Shown here: piece after piece, positions 12,347-24,519 of the stretch
Numbering within the stretch: position 1 is the first letter of the stretch
Layout: each line of letters opens with the position of its first letter
Translations under genes and position numbers: made by a program
Origin: Thalia democratica
Taxonomy: Eukaryota
Length of the DNA stretch: 64,000 bases
Assembly (NCBI GenBank): GCA_965202585.1
Contig: OZ241832.1
Coordinates: forward strand, 58,032,001-58,096,000
Direction: 5' to 3'
Notes under the pieces: generated by a model
The model's input: the letters and a program-made list of their open reading frames with translations, nothing else
What the model was told of the DNA's origin: nothing
The model's database searches: none

Positions 12347-12538
12347 CCGGTTCGTGCGTTCCCGGGTTGTCTGATATTTCCATCACCCACTGCTCTCTAC
12401 CGCCCACTGCGGACTTGCCCACCGAGTACATCCTGGTCAGATGGGGGTATTCCCCGCTCAACCGCTTCATGAATGACGTCATCGCGACGTAGTCGTGGTG
12501 ACGGAACTCCGAGGGTTCGATCGGTTCTTGCACATGTT
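12347..12538 (-). CDS. CPD: CPD exon 9, start of domain II (HVQEPIEPSEFRHHDY...YSVGKS...MEISDNPGTHEPG)
   Basis: F.HH.Y, YS.GKS and EISDNPG.HEPG motifs; cag / G|gtacgt; 192 nt. Confidence 0.95.
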
Positions 12539-15500
12539 CTGTTTGTTGGTAATATAAATTAATTAATTTAACTGTGAAAATAAATTAAAACTTAGTAATT
12601 GTGTTTTTAAAATAATATATATATAAATAGTTTGAAAAAAGACAAACCTTGTGACAATTAGTTTCAAATAAAAACAAATTTAATGCCTTGTGTTATTTGT
12701 TCTGTTTGAGTAATATAATACTTTGAATAAAAAAATTAAAAAAAAACTTTGGTGTTATATGTAATATATATAAGAAGCAATAAATTTAAGCTAAACTTTT
12801 AAAAACAACAAACAAATGTTAAAAACAATTGATAGAAAATTTTTATCAGTAAAAACTAACTTAGCATATTTTAAAAAATACAGGAATTTAGCTGTGTATT
12901 TGTTATTTTTCCATGTGAAAACAATATTTATTTAACATAACATTGGTTGATAGTGTTTAAATATTTGCGGCTAAAAACAAATAAACTTTTATGGTGACTT
13001 GGTTATAACTTTAACTGGAGCAGCTTAAATTAAGTAGTAAGAAATAAATGTTTATATTACCTGTATACAAAAAAAACACAAAATAATTGAAATTAAATTC
13101 ACCATAAACTATTCAAAAAATTAATATAAGTTATAATAAATTTTGTTAATTGCAAACAAAATACCATGCAAAAAACTAAATTATTCCCGTAGAATGGGGT
13201 TTTTTTAAATAAGCAGTTTTAATTTTTTTATAGTTGCTAACTTTTGTATATTTCATTATTAAGAAATTAAAAAAAAAAACTCGTTTAAATTGTAAATTAC
13301 AATTTATTATAATCAAATAGCAAAATTTTAACAACAAAAGTAATTAACTATTGTTTTATTTGAAATATTAATATAAATAACTTTAAGTGGTATGATTATA
13401 AGAAGCTACTTATACATACTTATATTGTGCTATTTTGACATATCCTATTTTAATTTATATATATGTATGTAAGAACTCATTCACATAAGTCTCATAATAG
13501 AATAAGTAATTTGAATTTAGGGAAACAAGAAACTTGATCATAGCTATAATGTACAAAATAGTTGAGAAATCTACAATAAATAACAGTGATCTCATACACC
13601 ACAGTTTGATTTATTTTTCCTAATTTTTTAAAACTTAACCTGACTAAAATAAACAATAACACTACAAGGTAATCATAACTAAGTTCTATTAAATACTTGT
13701 GCATATTTTAATCGTAACTTGAACATAGTTTGTTACATACTGGCAGTTTATCATTTCTGATAATAAAACAACTTGCATATAAATTTAAATATGTTTAAAC
13801 TATTTGTAACACTGAAGCACATTTATATTGACCACAGAAATTTACATTGTAGCTTTACTTTCCAAATAGTATTAGCAAAAATTAGTAACCATTTTGGCTA
13901 TTAAACAGCTTAAAAAATTAATCTAAATTATATAACTTTCAAACTATTTTTGATGTATATTTAGTACCTATATAATATACTTAATTTAACTTTTAAATTA
14001 ACTGTACTGTAAAAGGTTGCAGGTTATTATTTAAAAAAATATTTTTTAAATTTTGATCGAAAATTTAAGTAGGTGTAATATTTATGTATTGTTTAGCATA
14101 GATTTTACATTACCAATAATAAACATTTAAATACATTAAAAAAAGTTTTAACTAAAAGGGAATCTACTTTTAAATGTTTTTTTAAAACTTTTGATTAATC
14201 ACGCATGCAAATATATATTTTAATTATCAGGTTTTTTTTCGTATTTAAACAGTACGAATGATAAACATTTAACTTTTTTAATAATCTAATGTTTAGCAGT
14301 GCCTCAAATATAAGAGTTTTATCTTTAATTATAACTGTAAAATAAAACTACTCTCAATACTCTTAATAATGAAAATGACTTCATCATAAAGTTAATTAGT
14401 TCTTTTAAAATTTGCTCATTTTTTACAATAACACATACTTAACAACTTTATAACATAGGACTTTAAAAACATTAATACCATATTATATATTATAATATTA
14501 GCCAATAGTGGTTATCAATAATAAATGTTTATTATTAACCGTATTAGAAACAGCTGTTTATTATAACTTGTTTATAAATTTTATAAACAACATATACAAC
14601 AAGCTCCGTGAAAGTGATGATTTATTTTAAAGTGTAATGATTAAACATGCAACTTTTACAATTATTTTTATACAAAACTTAATATTTTCATAAGTAATTG
14701 AACAATAAAAAGTTTAAATATTTCAATATAAGTTGATACATGGTTTGTAAAAGTTTAAGTAAAAAAAGAACGAATTCATTAAGGCTAGATGATAAGCTTG
14801 TATGATTATATTTTTAGAAAATATTCAGAATACAAAATAATGTTTAATCTCTTTTAAGTGTTAACAATGTAAAACGAATGCATAATTTTTTATATATGGT
14901 AAACACTGTAGTCATGCAATGCATAAACAAATCATAAAAAACTTGAAAAAATTGGCATAGAATGTATTGGAAATAATGTAACTGAATTTGAAGATGTATG
15001 AAGAATTAAATTATTAGTAATGAAACTGATTGAAAATAAAAATTGTTAATAAAAATGAATATATGTGAAGCGAACTTTTTCTACAACAGTTTCGACTTGG
15101 TGAGCCTGTTTTTGAAAACATGTTGGAATTAATTTATTTCAAATAGTAAATGAAATAATAAATAACAACAAATATTATTTGCTACATTGGTTCAAAGTGG
15201 TAAACACTAAAAACTTTAAAAGAAAACAATATTTGTCTTAGTTTGGTGTTAGTCTGTTTTACGACTTTATCTAAATTTATCTACTTTAGTAAAAACAAGC
15301 TTGTTTAAAAAAGATTAGTGTTTTTTAAATAATAGTATTAACACTTTACAGTTTTTTTCAAATTAGTGAATAACAAATTTAAGATAAATAAAAGTTAAAT
15401 CTAATGTGTATTTATTTTCAAACAAGCAAGCAACACTGACGAATTCTACAAGCAAAGCGTATATTATTACACGAAAAAATAGTTTTATTTTTTATAATAA

Positions 15501-16351
15501 AGGATATAAGGACTTATTAATAAACATTACTCGTCATTGTCAATTACATTAATAAACGTCTCTATATAATTGATTGGTGGTTTAAATCTATTACTTTCTG
15601 CTAGGTACCAGAATAAATTGTATCAATGCTTTGAAAATGTTTAATAATAAACATAATCATTTTTTATAAAATATTTGTCCATTATTATTATAACAACTGT
15701 TTAAAAAATACTATCCATATAGTAATAAAGTTATGAAACACTTAATTATATATTTAGAACTGTGTTACTTAAATCAGCTAAAATGAGAAAATACTTAAAC
15801 TTATTAAGTTAATTTTGCTTACTTACTTACTTAAATGAGTTAATTATGTTTTTACATTTATAAAATTATGGTAAACATAAGACTATAATTATAAATTATC
15901 TAATTTTCGTGTATTAAAACTAAGCTGCACATGAAATATTAAAACTACTCTCAAAATTATATGTGCATTTTTTTCAAAATTAGTTAAGTTTCTAATAATG
16001 AGCTAGTAACACTTTCTATATTAACCAGTAACGTTCGACTCAATACTTCGCTTGTGTTTTCTTTTGTTACGATGACGTTTTACTGTGATGTCATAATCAT
16101 AATACAGTAATTACGTAATACAGTGATTAAAATGCTATAAATGCTATTTTGTAAGCTTTATATTTTTTGTTTTGTTAAAGTTTAATTTATTTACTTATAA
16201 GTTTTTTTTTTGATACTTTTCATCAAAATACATTAACGTAAAAAGATTTAAAACCAACCATTTGCCAAAGCTTTATTTTTTTTCGGATTGATGAATTTTT
16301 GTAAATAGTATAAAATTCTCACTTAACTCACGTTAATAAAAAAAAATACTT

Positions 16352-16769
16352 CAGGGTTGCCAAATGTTTTTGGCAAATTTTCTCCAGGTTTTCAAAATTT
16401 CTTTCAAGTTTTTTAAACCATACGTTTTTTGGACTATTTTAAGTTTAAAATTAAGTTTTAGGTAGAAAACTGTGTTTAGTATAACGACATAAAAAAAGAT
16501 ATATTAAAGTTTCTATAGATATGTTTTTAAATAAAAAAACTTGATGGTGACAAAAAAAATAACTATACAATAGATTATTTGTGTCAAATCGAAGTTTTAC
16601 TACTTAACATACAAAAGTTGTTTTAAACTCCAGGTTTTTCTAGGTTTTCTGGTTATATTTGATCAAAATTCCAAGATTTTTAGTGATTTTTGTACAAAAT
16701 TCCAGGTTTTTATTCAAACATTCTCAATTTCAAGGTTTTTCCATGATTCAAGATTATTTGGCAACCCTG
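16352..16769 (+). mobile_element. hAT (Blackjack-like) MITE, family A, in CPD intron 8
   Basis: TIRs CAGGGTTGCCA / TGGCAACCCTG; internal sequence shared with the 5290-5640, 45455-45604 and 48463-48841 copies; no clean 8-bp TSD seen. Confidence 0.75.
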
Positions 16770-17473
16770 TTACTTAAACTAGTTATTAAATCGTTGATAT
16801 ATTTTTGTCAGGGTTTGCCAAAAAATTTTTCATTATCACACTCTTGGCAAAAAGATTTTTTTAAAACAATCAACCCCTTTTTATTAAATGTTTGATATAC
16901 TAGTCAATTACCGATTTTTTCTTTTTCTCTCTTCTACTAGCCACCTGCCCCTAGAGACCCACTTTAAAAACCCTTGGTTAATGAAATGATAACATTAATT
17001 TTGTCTATGAAGATGATATATCGAAAAAGACGTGAGTAAAAATGTGTAATTTAAACTTAAATATCAGTCCTAAGCATTTTTTCTTAATTTCACTTAAGCA
17101 AAGTATACTTTTTCTTTTAATCATACCTAAAGTTGAATATTAAAAACCAAGTTAAAATTATTGATACACCAAGCTAAAGAGTAAGACTTTATCACTGCCC
17201 TAATTTTAAAAGTCACCCACCCCCCTTATTATTCATTGTCCACTTTATGGGCGATTTTAGTAAAATGGAGGCAATACCGAAGTCTTTAGTTTAAACGATT
17301 AATGTATTAAACAAAATGTACATTGTGATTTTTGTATACACCAATCCTCACAAAATTTAATGCTCTTAAATTTTACATTTATATAACTCAACTTAAAATA
17401 AGCTAATTCTAGCATAACTTACATTATAGAAAAACACATTAGTTTTCGGTTACAATTTAATAAAAACACGAAC

Positions 17474-17547
17474 CTTGTTGGAGCTGAACATTGTCAATCA
17501 CATAGTTGTCGTCGGGAACGTAAATGTTTCTTTTTACCGTCTTGTAT
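17474..17547 (-). CDS. CPD: CPD exon 8 (YKTVKRNIYVPDDNYVIDNVQLQQ)
   Basis: The open cag...G|gttcgt block (phase 2 to 1) I found that bridges exons 7 and 9 in frame; 74 nt; fits the GY...V...F/V-x-L end of the transthyretin-like fold. Confidence 0.82.
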
Positions 17548-20196
17548 CTGCAATTGTATTTATTCAAAAACTTTCAAAAGTACTTGATTAAATTTTATTA
17601 TTTAATAACAATATATTTAAGAATAATTTAAAAATAAAAAATATATATTAGTTTTTATCATAGATTGCGTTTACTTCGTTTTAAATTCTCTAAGGCATGT
17701 TTCAAGATAAATTAAAAGTAGAATAAAAGTTTAAGCATGTGTGAGTTCAAACAATTGTTTTTTTTTTAATTTTTTATATAAAGTTATGCAATTTAAAACA
17801 AAAAAATCAAAGTTGTAATCACGATATAAAGTTTACCATTGAAGTTAACCCGAATGTATATATATAATCATTATACAACATCAATTTTGCTTATAGTCAA
17901 AAAGCTTGAATAAATATGAAGCTAGTTTATATTTACATACAAACTTGACTGATGAACAAAATTAATAAAATAATAAACTGAAATAAATACTTCATCTATA
18001 TGACCTCACAAGGAAAAATATTTCGAACTATTGAAAAATCAAAATTAATGTCGATATTAGTAAATAATTTATCTAAATAAAAACAATTTTGTGCTTGGGG
18101 AAAATAAAAACTGAAATTTTAAAGAGAAAATATTTTTTTTAAATGCACATGTAAGCCAGGTAGGTATTTATAAGATTTCATGCAAAATTATACTGACATT
18201 TATGAGCCTCATTAATAATTAATAGTTGCGTCATAATGCGAATGTCGTCCGCTTTTTTAAAATCACGGATCCGTACATAATGCGATTTGCGATTTACAAG
18301 GTGGAACTTCTGTGTGCAAAAGTACATAATATTATTTTATTATCAAACCCATACATTCTATTAGAAGTTATGAAGTTTACTTGTTAAATGTGATTTGTGA
18401 TTTTTAAGCTTGGTTCAGAGAAAAAACGACTTTTGTGTATATGCTTAATTATAAAACATTTTGTGTTTATGTTTTCTTATAAGTTTGGCTTTTTTTCGGT
18501 CAGATGTTTCTGCTTATAACACGCGTCGTAATAAAGATTTTTGTTTACTTAATGTTAGACTTCATACATTGTTATAGCATTATTTTTCAAAATGTAAAAT
18601 TTACTTTTTTAATGATTATTATTTTATACGTATAAAACAGTTTGAGTTTAGTTTTATATGTTTTTAAACCCAGGCTAACTGTATATTGTTTTGTTTATTA
18701 TAAATAATTTTATAAAAATTATTTGATATTTTCTTTCAATAACCCTGTATTGATGTGAAATTTAATATTTGGTAAAATTAAAAACTATTCAATTTTTATC
18801 AAATAATCTGCAATATCAACATTTATTTATTTGCTTGCCAAATATCTTGTATTTAATACAATTAAAGTAATACACACACATGATTTTCAAAAACTCACCA
18901 AGTAGGTTATCATCATTTTTGATTATTAGGCGGTAATATACTTATACAAATGTAACAAAAATATACAAGACAACTTTAACTTATGTAGATTAAAAAAATC
19001 TAAAGTTTTATTTACAACACTACTTATTATAACTTAAGTGTACAACCATTAAATAGTATATTTATATAACTGCTTTAAATAACTATCATGTTGTAAAATT
19101 AATCAAAAAATAATTACTAAACAGTAAATCATTATTTAAACAATGACTATAATCTTTTAGTTTGTTTTAATACAAAACTTAACAAAAATTTTACAATTCT
19201 ACTTAATCAAAACAAAAACAAGTATAAACTTTTAAGTTATTATTTCGTTTAAAAACAATTTTGTACCAGAACTCAAATTTGAGAATACTTTCAATTTATT
19301 TCAAGTCGCAATCTAAAGAGTCTTAAACTAAAATCGTTTGCAACTTTAGCACTTAAGCAAATTGAAAAATCAATTTTTTCCAACTTAAACCAGCTAAAAG
19401 CCCTGCGTAAAATACGCTTTAAAATTTAATTAATACGTCATACCTTATTTCATGTTTTTTTCTCATAAATACTTCTCCCAATATGTGACAATGCGTACTC
19501 TTGTTAAATTTTTCATGCAAAGCACATGTAATTACTTGTAATTTTAAAAACAAATACAAAGTTACGGAATATTACAACTATGTACGCTTTCTTACAACTC
19601 AAAACGAACTTTACCTTACTTTAGAATTGAAAACAAATGATGGTAGAATATGTTTTAGGTACTTACATGCTTAAACTTTGTTTGGGTTTTAATAAACACG
19701 ATATTGATGACTGTATTTTAATAAGCTAGTGATTATTTTCAGTTCGAATAAGCAATAAAACCATGTTTTGCTCATAAATACAACATTATATTTCACTTTT
19801 GGTAATTAAGTTTATTTAAAAGGAAACTTACTTCTGAGTTAACACAATCGATTTATTTTTGACAAGCTAATTTATTATAAAGTTCTTCAACTAACTGCTC
19901 AACAAACATGCGTATAATTTTCAATTAAGTTTTGTGCATGCCATACCATAATCTTGTTAATGAAATAAAAAACTAAAATGTATTTGATCAATTTTCTCAT
20001 GAGAAACAACAAAACATTTCATTTTAAAGTAACGTAATCGGGCTATACTTTTATTTATTTAGCAAAAAAAGACACAGAACTTCAATGATCAAACTGCCTA
20101 AATAGTATATAAAGTATAAGTTTTATTCTATTAATTCAATAAATTTAAATAAAAATTAATTAAAAGCCCATAAAATCATAAAATATATACACGAAC

Positions 20197-20366
20197 CCCT
20201 TCTTTTTGTATGTGACGTCATAGTCCTTCCCTCCCACCAGCATGCGGAAGAAGTTGCCAGTGACGTCAGTGGTGACGTTGTACTCGATACCGCCCACCTG
20301 CACTGTGACGTCATCAAGCGGGTTGTTGTTGGCGTCGACGACCTGACCCCTGACTCCCCTGTTCGC
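20197..20366 (-). CDS. CPD: CPD exon 7, transthyretin-like subdomain (ANRGVRGQVVD...GNFFRMLVGG.DYDVTYKKKG)
   Basis: Typical GVxGxV...GxFxRxL...YxVT pattern; cag / GG|gttcgt; 170 nt. Confidence 0.93.
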
Positions 20367-21612
20367 CTGTTTAAATTGATAAAAAAAATAATAAAAAATA
20401 ATATAAAAACAAATAAATAAAATCACAATCCCCCTGTTCGCCTGTGAGTTGAGAATTAATATAATAAATAAAAGTATTGCACAAGATTACCAAAAGAGAA
20501 CATTGTATGTTATTCACAAAAATTTTAGAGTATTAGTTTCAAAATAGCTGATTGTTGCTTCTAAATGTTTTAAATATTATTATGATTGAAACAAAATTGA
20601 ACAAGTCTTGTGAGGCTCCTCTTACTTGACTCAATTTATTTTGAAAACCTCGCCTGTGGTTGGATTAATTTATTAATAAAAAGTATTGCACGTTTTAATT
20701 TCTCGAAACAGATGCAAAGATCTCAACTTCTAGAGGAGAAATAAAATATTATTTATTATGCTTTCAAGACTTTTTTTTCTATTTGAATAAGATTGTTTAT
20801 ATAAGCACTGACGAGGTCTTTGACCGAAACTGAGTTTGCATTGAAAAGTCTTGAAAGAATAATAAAAAAGTATCAATAAAATTAATATCTTAATAAAAAT
20901 AAAACAAAATAAACAAATCACAAGCCTGTGAGTTTAATTTGAAAGATAGCATAAAAGTTTGGTCTAAGCATAAGCTGAGATTATTAAAAGAAAACATTGT
21001 ATGGTTAAACACAAAAAATAGCAAGTTTGGCATCAGAAGTAAACGTTGGAAATTGTTTGATAAAAATCTATCCAGCTGAACAAATCTGATTTAAGATTCA
21101 ATTCATTTTATATTTTAAACTGTAGTTGGGTGTTAGTTTCAAAATAGCTGATTGTTGCTTTCAAACGTTGTAAATAGCATCATGATTAAAACAAAAATTG
21201 AACAAATATTATGAGGATCCTCTTACATAATAAGCTAATAGTTTTAAAATTGGTGGCTGTCGTCTTAAAATTTTATTGTAACTGCAAACACTGTTATATT
21301 TAAATAGATTTGCGATAAAAAAAATATAGAATAATCTTATAAAACACCTGAACTTCATTCATTTTTTATAATTATATAAGTATAATATTATAATTTAAGT
21401 ATTTCAAGTAAAACCAAATAATAAAACCAACCAATTGGACGAATTTTATTAAGCTCATATTATTTTTAACTTTTTTTCACTAAACTTGTTGATTTAAATA
21501 AAAACAAACAATAAAACCAACCAATTGGACAAATCTTATTAGGCTCATAATATTTTCTAATTGTTTTTCACTTAACTTGTTTAATTAAATAAAACCAAAT
21601 AATGAAACCAAC

Positions 21613-21755
21613 CAATTGGACGAATTTTATGAGGCTCATCTTGTTTCTGTTCCACTCGTTTTCCAGTTCGCTCGCGAAGGGGTACTTGCAGCAGGTGAGC
21701 TCCAAAGTGATTTCCATGCATTCGCCGTGCAGGTAGTTGAAATCTTGCATTCCGC
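21613..21755 (-). CDS. CPD: CPD exon 6 (GMQDFNYLHGECMEITLELTCCKYP...IKFVQL)
   Basis: MQD.NY and catalytic Glu in ITLEL.CCKYP; tag / TTG|gttggt; 143 nt. Confidence 0.95.
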
Positions 21756-22414
21756 CTAAGTGAGCGATTTGGATTTTATTTGTAAAAAAATTATCAAGAA
21801 AAACTTTGAAAGCATGCTTATAGGTCGTTCTGATGTTGCTGCGTCAACAATTTTTTTTTAAGTTTCTCATTTGATTTTTTTTAATTATACCCTTATCCCT
21901 AACCCACATTTCTCCATGCAAGCAGTTAAAGTCTTGCAATCCACTTGAATAAATATTAGTCTTTTATAAAGCAAACTAAATGAGAGACATACTTTGTAAT
22001 TTATTGGGTACTAGTTTTTTAATAAAAATGAGTTTTATTTTCGCACTTCACCCCCCACATATATGTAAGTTTTTCAAAATTTTTAAAACTAAATGAAAAA
22101 TTTGATCAGTGGGATTTTATTTTTTTTAATAGTATTTTTACTTGAACAAATGTTTATTTGATATACTTGAACCTACATAATAAAATGATAAACCATTAAC
22201 TATACCATTATCAAATTTAAAAAAAAGTTGAGAATAAATTTAACTCAAAAAAATTTTTTGAAAGTTAGTAATTATTGAAAATAAAATTGATACCAAAATT
22301 TAATAAATTAAACAAACCAGGAACATTGTACCATTCTGCACCCATTAATGTTATCATTGCCATATTTATAATTGAAACTATTAATTAAAATATTTTTATA
22401 AACAGTAAACAAAC

Positions 22415-22570
22415 CAGGCACGTTGTACCATTCTGCACCATTGGTGATGCCACCATCAAACTGGTCTTCATCGCACTTCCTGTTGTTCAGGTGCATGTCA
22501 CGGTGATTGTTCGAATACGTCGAAGCCATCTCGATGAAGAAATCGTTGTCCGGTGCTATGGAGGCCACTC
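22415..22570 (-). CDS. CPD: CPD exon 5 (VASIAPDNDFFIEMASTYSNNH...GITNGAEWYNVP)
   Basis: GITNGA.WY motif; cag / G|gtttgt; 156 nt, phase 1 to 1. Confidence 0.95.
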
Positions 22571-23134
22571 CTGTTATAATTGTCTTTTATTGAAAAGATG
22601 TCTGTTGTAAGATAATTTGGATCTGTGAATAAACAGTCATCTCCTGTGGTACATTAAGCTTTTTGTGATCAGTGATCTATGATAATTAATTGATATCTAC
22701 ATTGTACATGTATAAGTTTTAGCCCAGCTTTAATATACATAAAACTTGGACCTTCCCATATGTAAATACGTAAATAAAATACTTACCATTTTTTATCTTG
22801 TTTAGTAAAAACTTTTTGAAAACAACTACATTGTATATGTTAAACTTTTAAGCAAGCTGTATCATGATATGTAAAATAAGCTTGGGCTGCCCATACGTAC
22901 ATTAATATCAAACTACTGTGAGTTTAGTTTAGATTATTTTTTATACATCTGCATTGTATATGTAAAAGTAAGTGTTGACCAATTTGTATAATAAAATATA
23001 TAAAATAAAGTTTAACCCAATGTGATTGAGTAATCAATTTACTAACCATATTGTAACATAAAGTAACATGACAAAACCACATAAATACGAACAATTAAAA
23101 CTTTCATCGAATATAAAGTATTCAAGTTACTAAC

Positions 23135-23229
23135 CATACTGTTTGTGGTCGTATTTGGTCAATTTTCTCGAATCAAAAGGATAAGAAGCAACTTCGGAGC
23201 CGGCGTGAAAATTCGCAGATAAAATGAAC
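23135..23229 (-). CDS. CPD: CPD exon 4 (FILSANFHAGSEVASYPFDSRKLTKYDHKQY)
   Basis: Not in the ORF track; hand translation gives SANFHAG (third zinc ligand) and YPFD; cag / G|gttagt; 95 nt, phases match both neighbours. Confidence 0.93.
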
Positions 23230-24306
23230 CTGTACACAAAAGTAATATAATGGTAATGTTTATCATGTTATACAATAAAGTTTATATATACAATGTAAAG
23301 ATTATATGTAGCTTTTAATTGGACATAATAAAAGTGAAAATCAATTTTGCAACACATACTTAAATAAATATTTAAACATCAAAAAGGAGTCTCTACCTAA
23401 TACTATAAAGCTGCTATATTTTGCAACTGACAGCAATTCTAATATTATTTCTAAACTGTCTGTCATCAACAACAAACAAACTTAAAGTTTTTTTTTTGTT
23501 TTTTAGTAAGTATTTAGCTGTACCTTATTTTTGATTTAATGTATAAAATTTATCCCCACAAAAACTATAAATTAGTTACTTAGTTAAACATCAGACAGTT
23601 ATTTTGAGTTTGAACATTTCTGTCTAAAATATCAAACGCCTAAACTAATAAACCATAACTATCAACTTCCTCCTAATGATTTAATGCAAAATTTTTAAAT
23701 ACTAAAAATAATAAATAGAAATTTCACAACTTTCATTAATATTAAAAACGCTTCACTTAAGTATTGATTTAAAATAAAAAATCATCAGTGACTCTATATA
23801 ACTTTTTCGAAACATCAGTTTTAAAACTTGTTGTTTTGTCAACTAAATTCTCAAACTTATCACTCAATACTTATACAAGTTAAGTTGACATCAACATAAT
23901 CGAATTTGTTATTGGTGATCCGATTTTGTTTAAAAACAATAAACAACTATAAATTAAATAACCAAACTTATCAATAAATAAAAATAAATAAACATAATAA
24001 ATCAAACTTTTTATTAAATGATCTAGCTATATTTAAAAAGCCAATTATTTTGTACTTGTTATATTTCTAAATACCCTAACTAAACTTATTATTAGAGTTC
24101 TAGTCCAGCATAAGTTTTGTTTCCTTCTCATACAGCATAATATACAACAATACAGTAATGTAACATCTATAGCAATATCATTTATTTTCATAAACAATCA
24201 AACTTGTTACTAGTGATCCAGTCCATCATCAAATATGTCTCTTTCTTGTACAATACAACAACAAAATAACATAATATCTTGTAATAATATAGATAAACAA
24301 ACAAAC

Positions 24307-24519
24307 TTGTTACTGGTGATCCAGTCCATCATCAGCTTCGTCTCCTTCTCGTACTCCCTTCCCCTCCTCTCCTCCTCCGTGTCGAACTGATCCGGAAAGT
24401 TCCGGTTGAGGTCCACCTCGTTCGCGTTCTTCCTCCCCACGTACCCCGCCAGCGACTCGCACCTGCCTTCCTTCGACGCCTCGAAACCGTCGGGGTTCAT
24501 CGACGGCAGCAGGAACAGT
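24307..24519 (-). CDS. CPD: CPD exon 3 (LFLLPSMNPDGFE...[10 protein letters not shown]...WITSNK)
   Basis: PSMNPDG and DLNRNFP motifs; cag / AA|gtttgt; 213 nt, phase 2 to 2. Confidence 0.95.
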
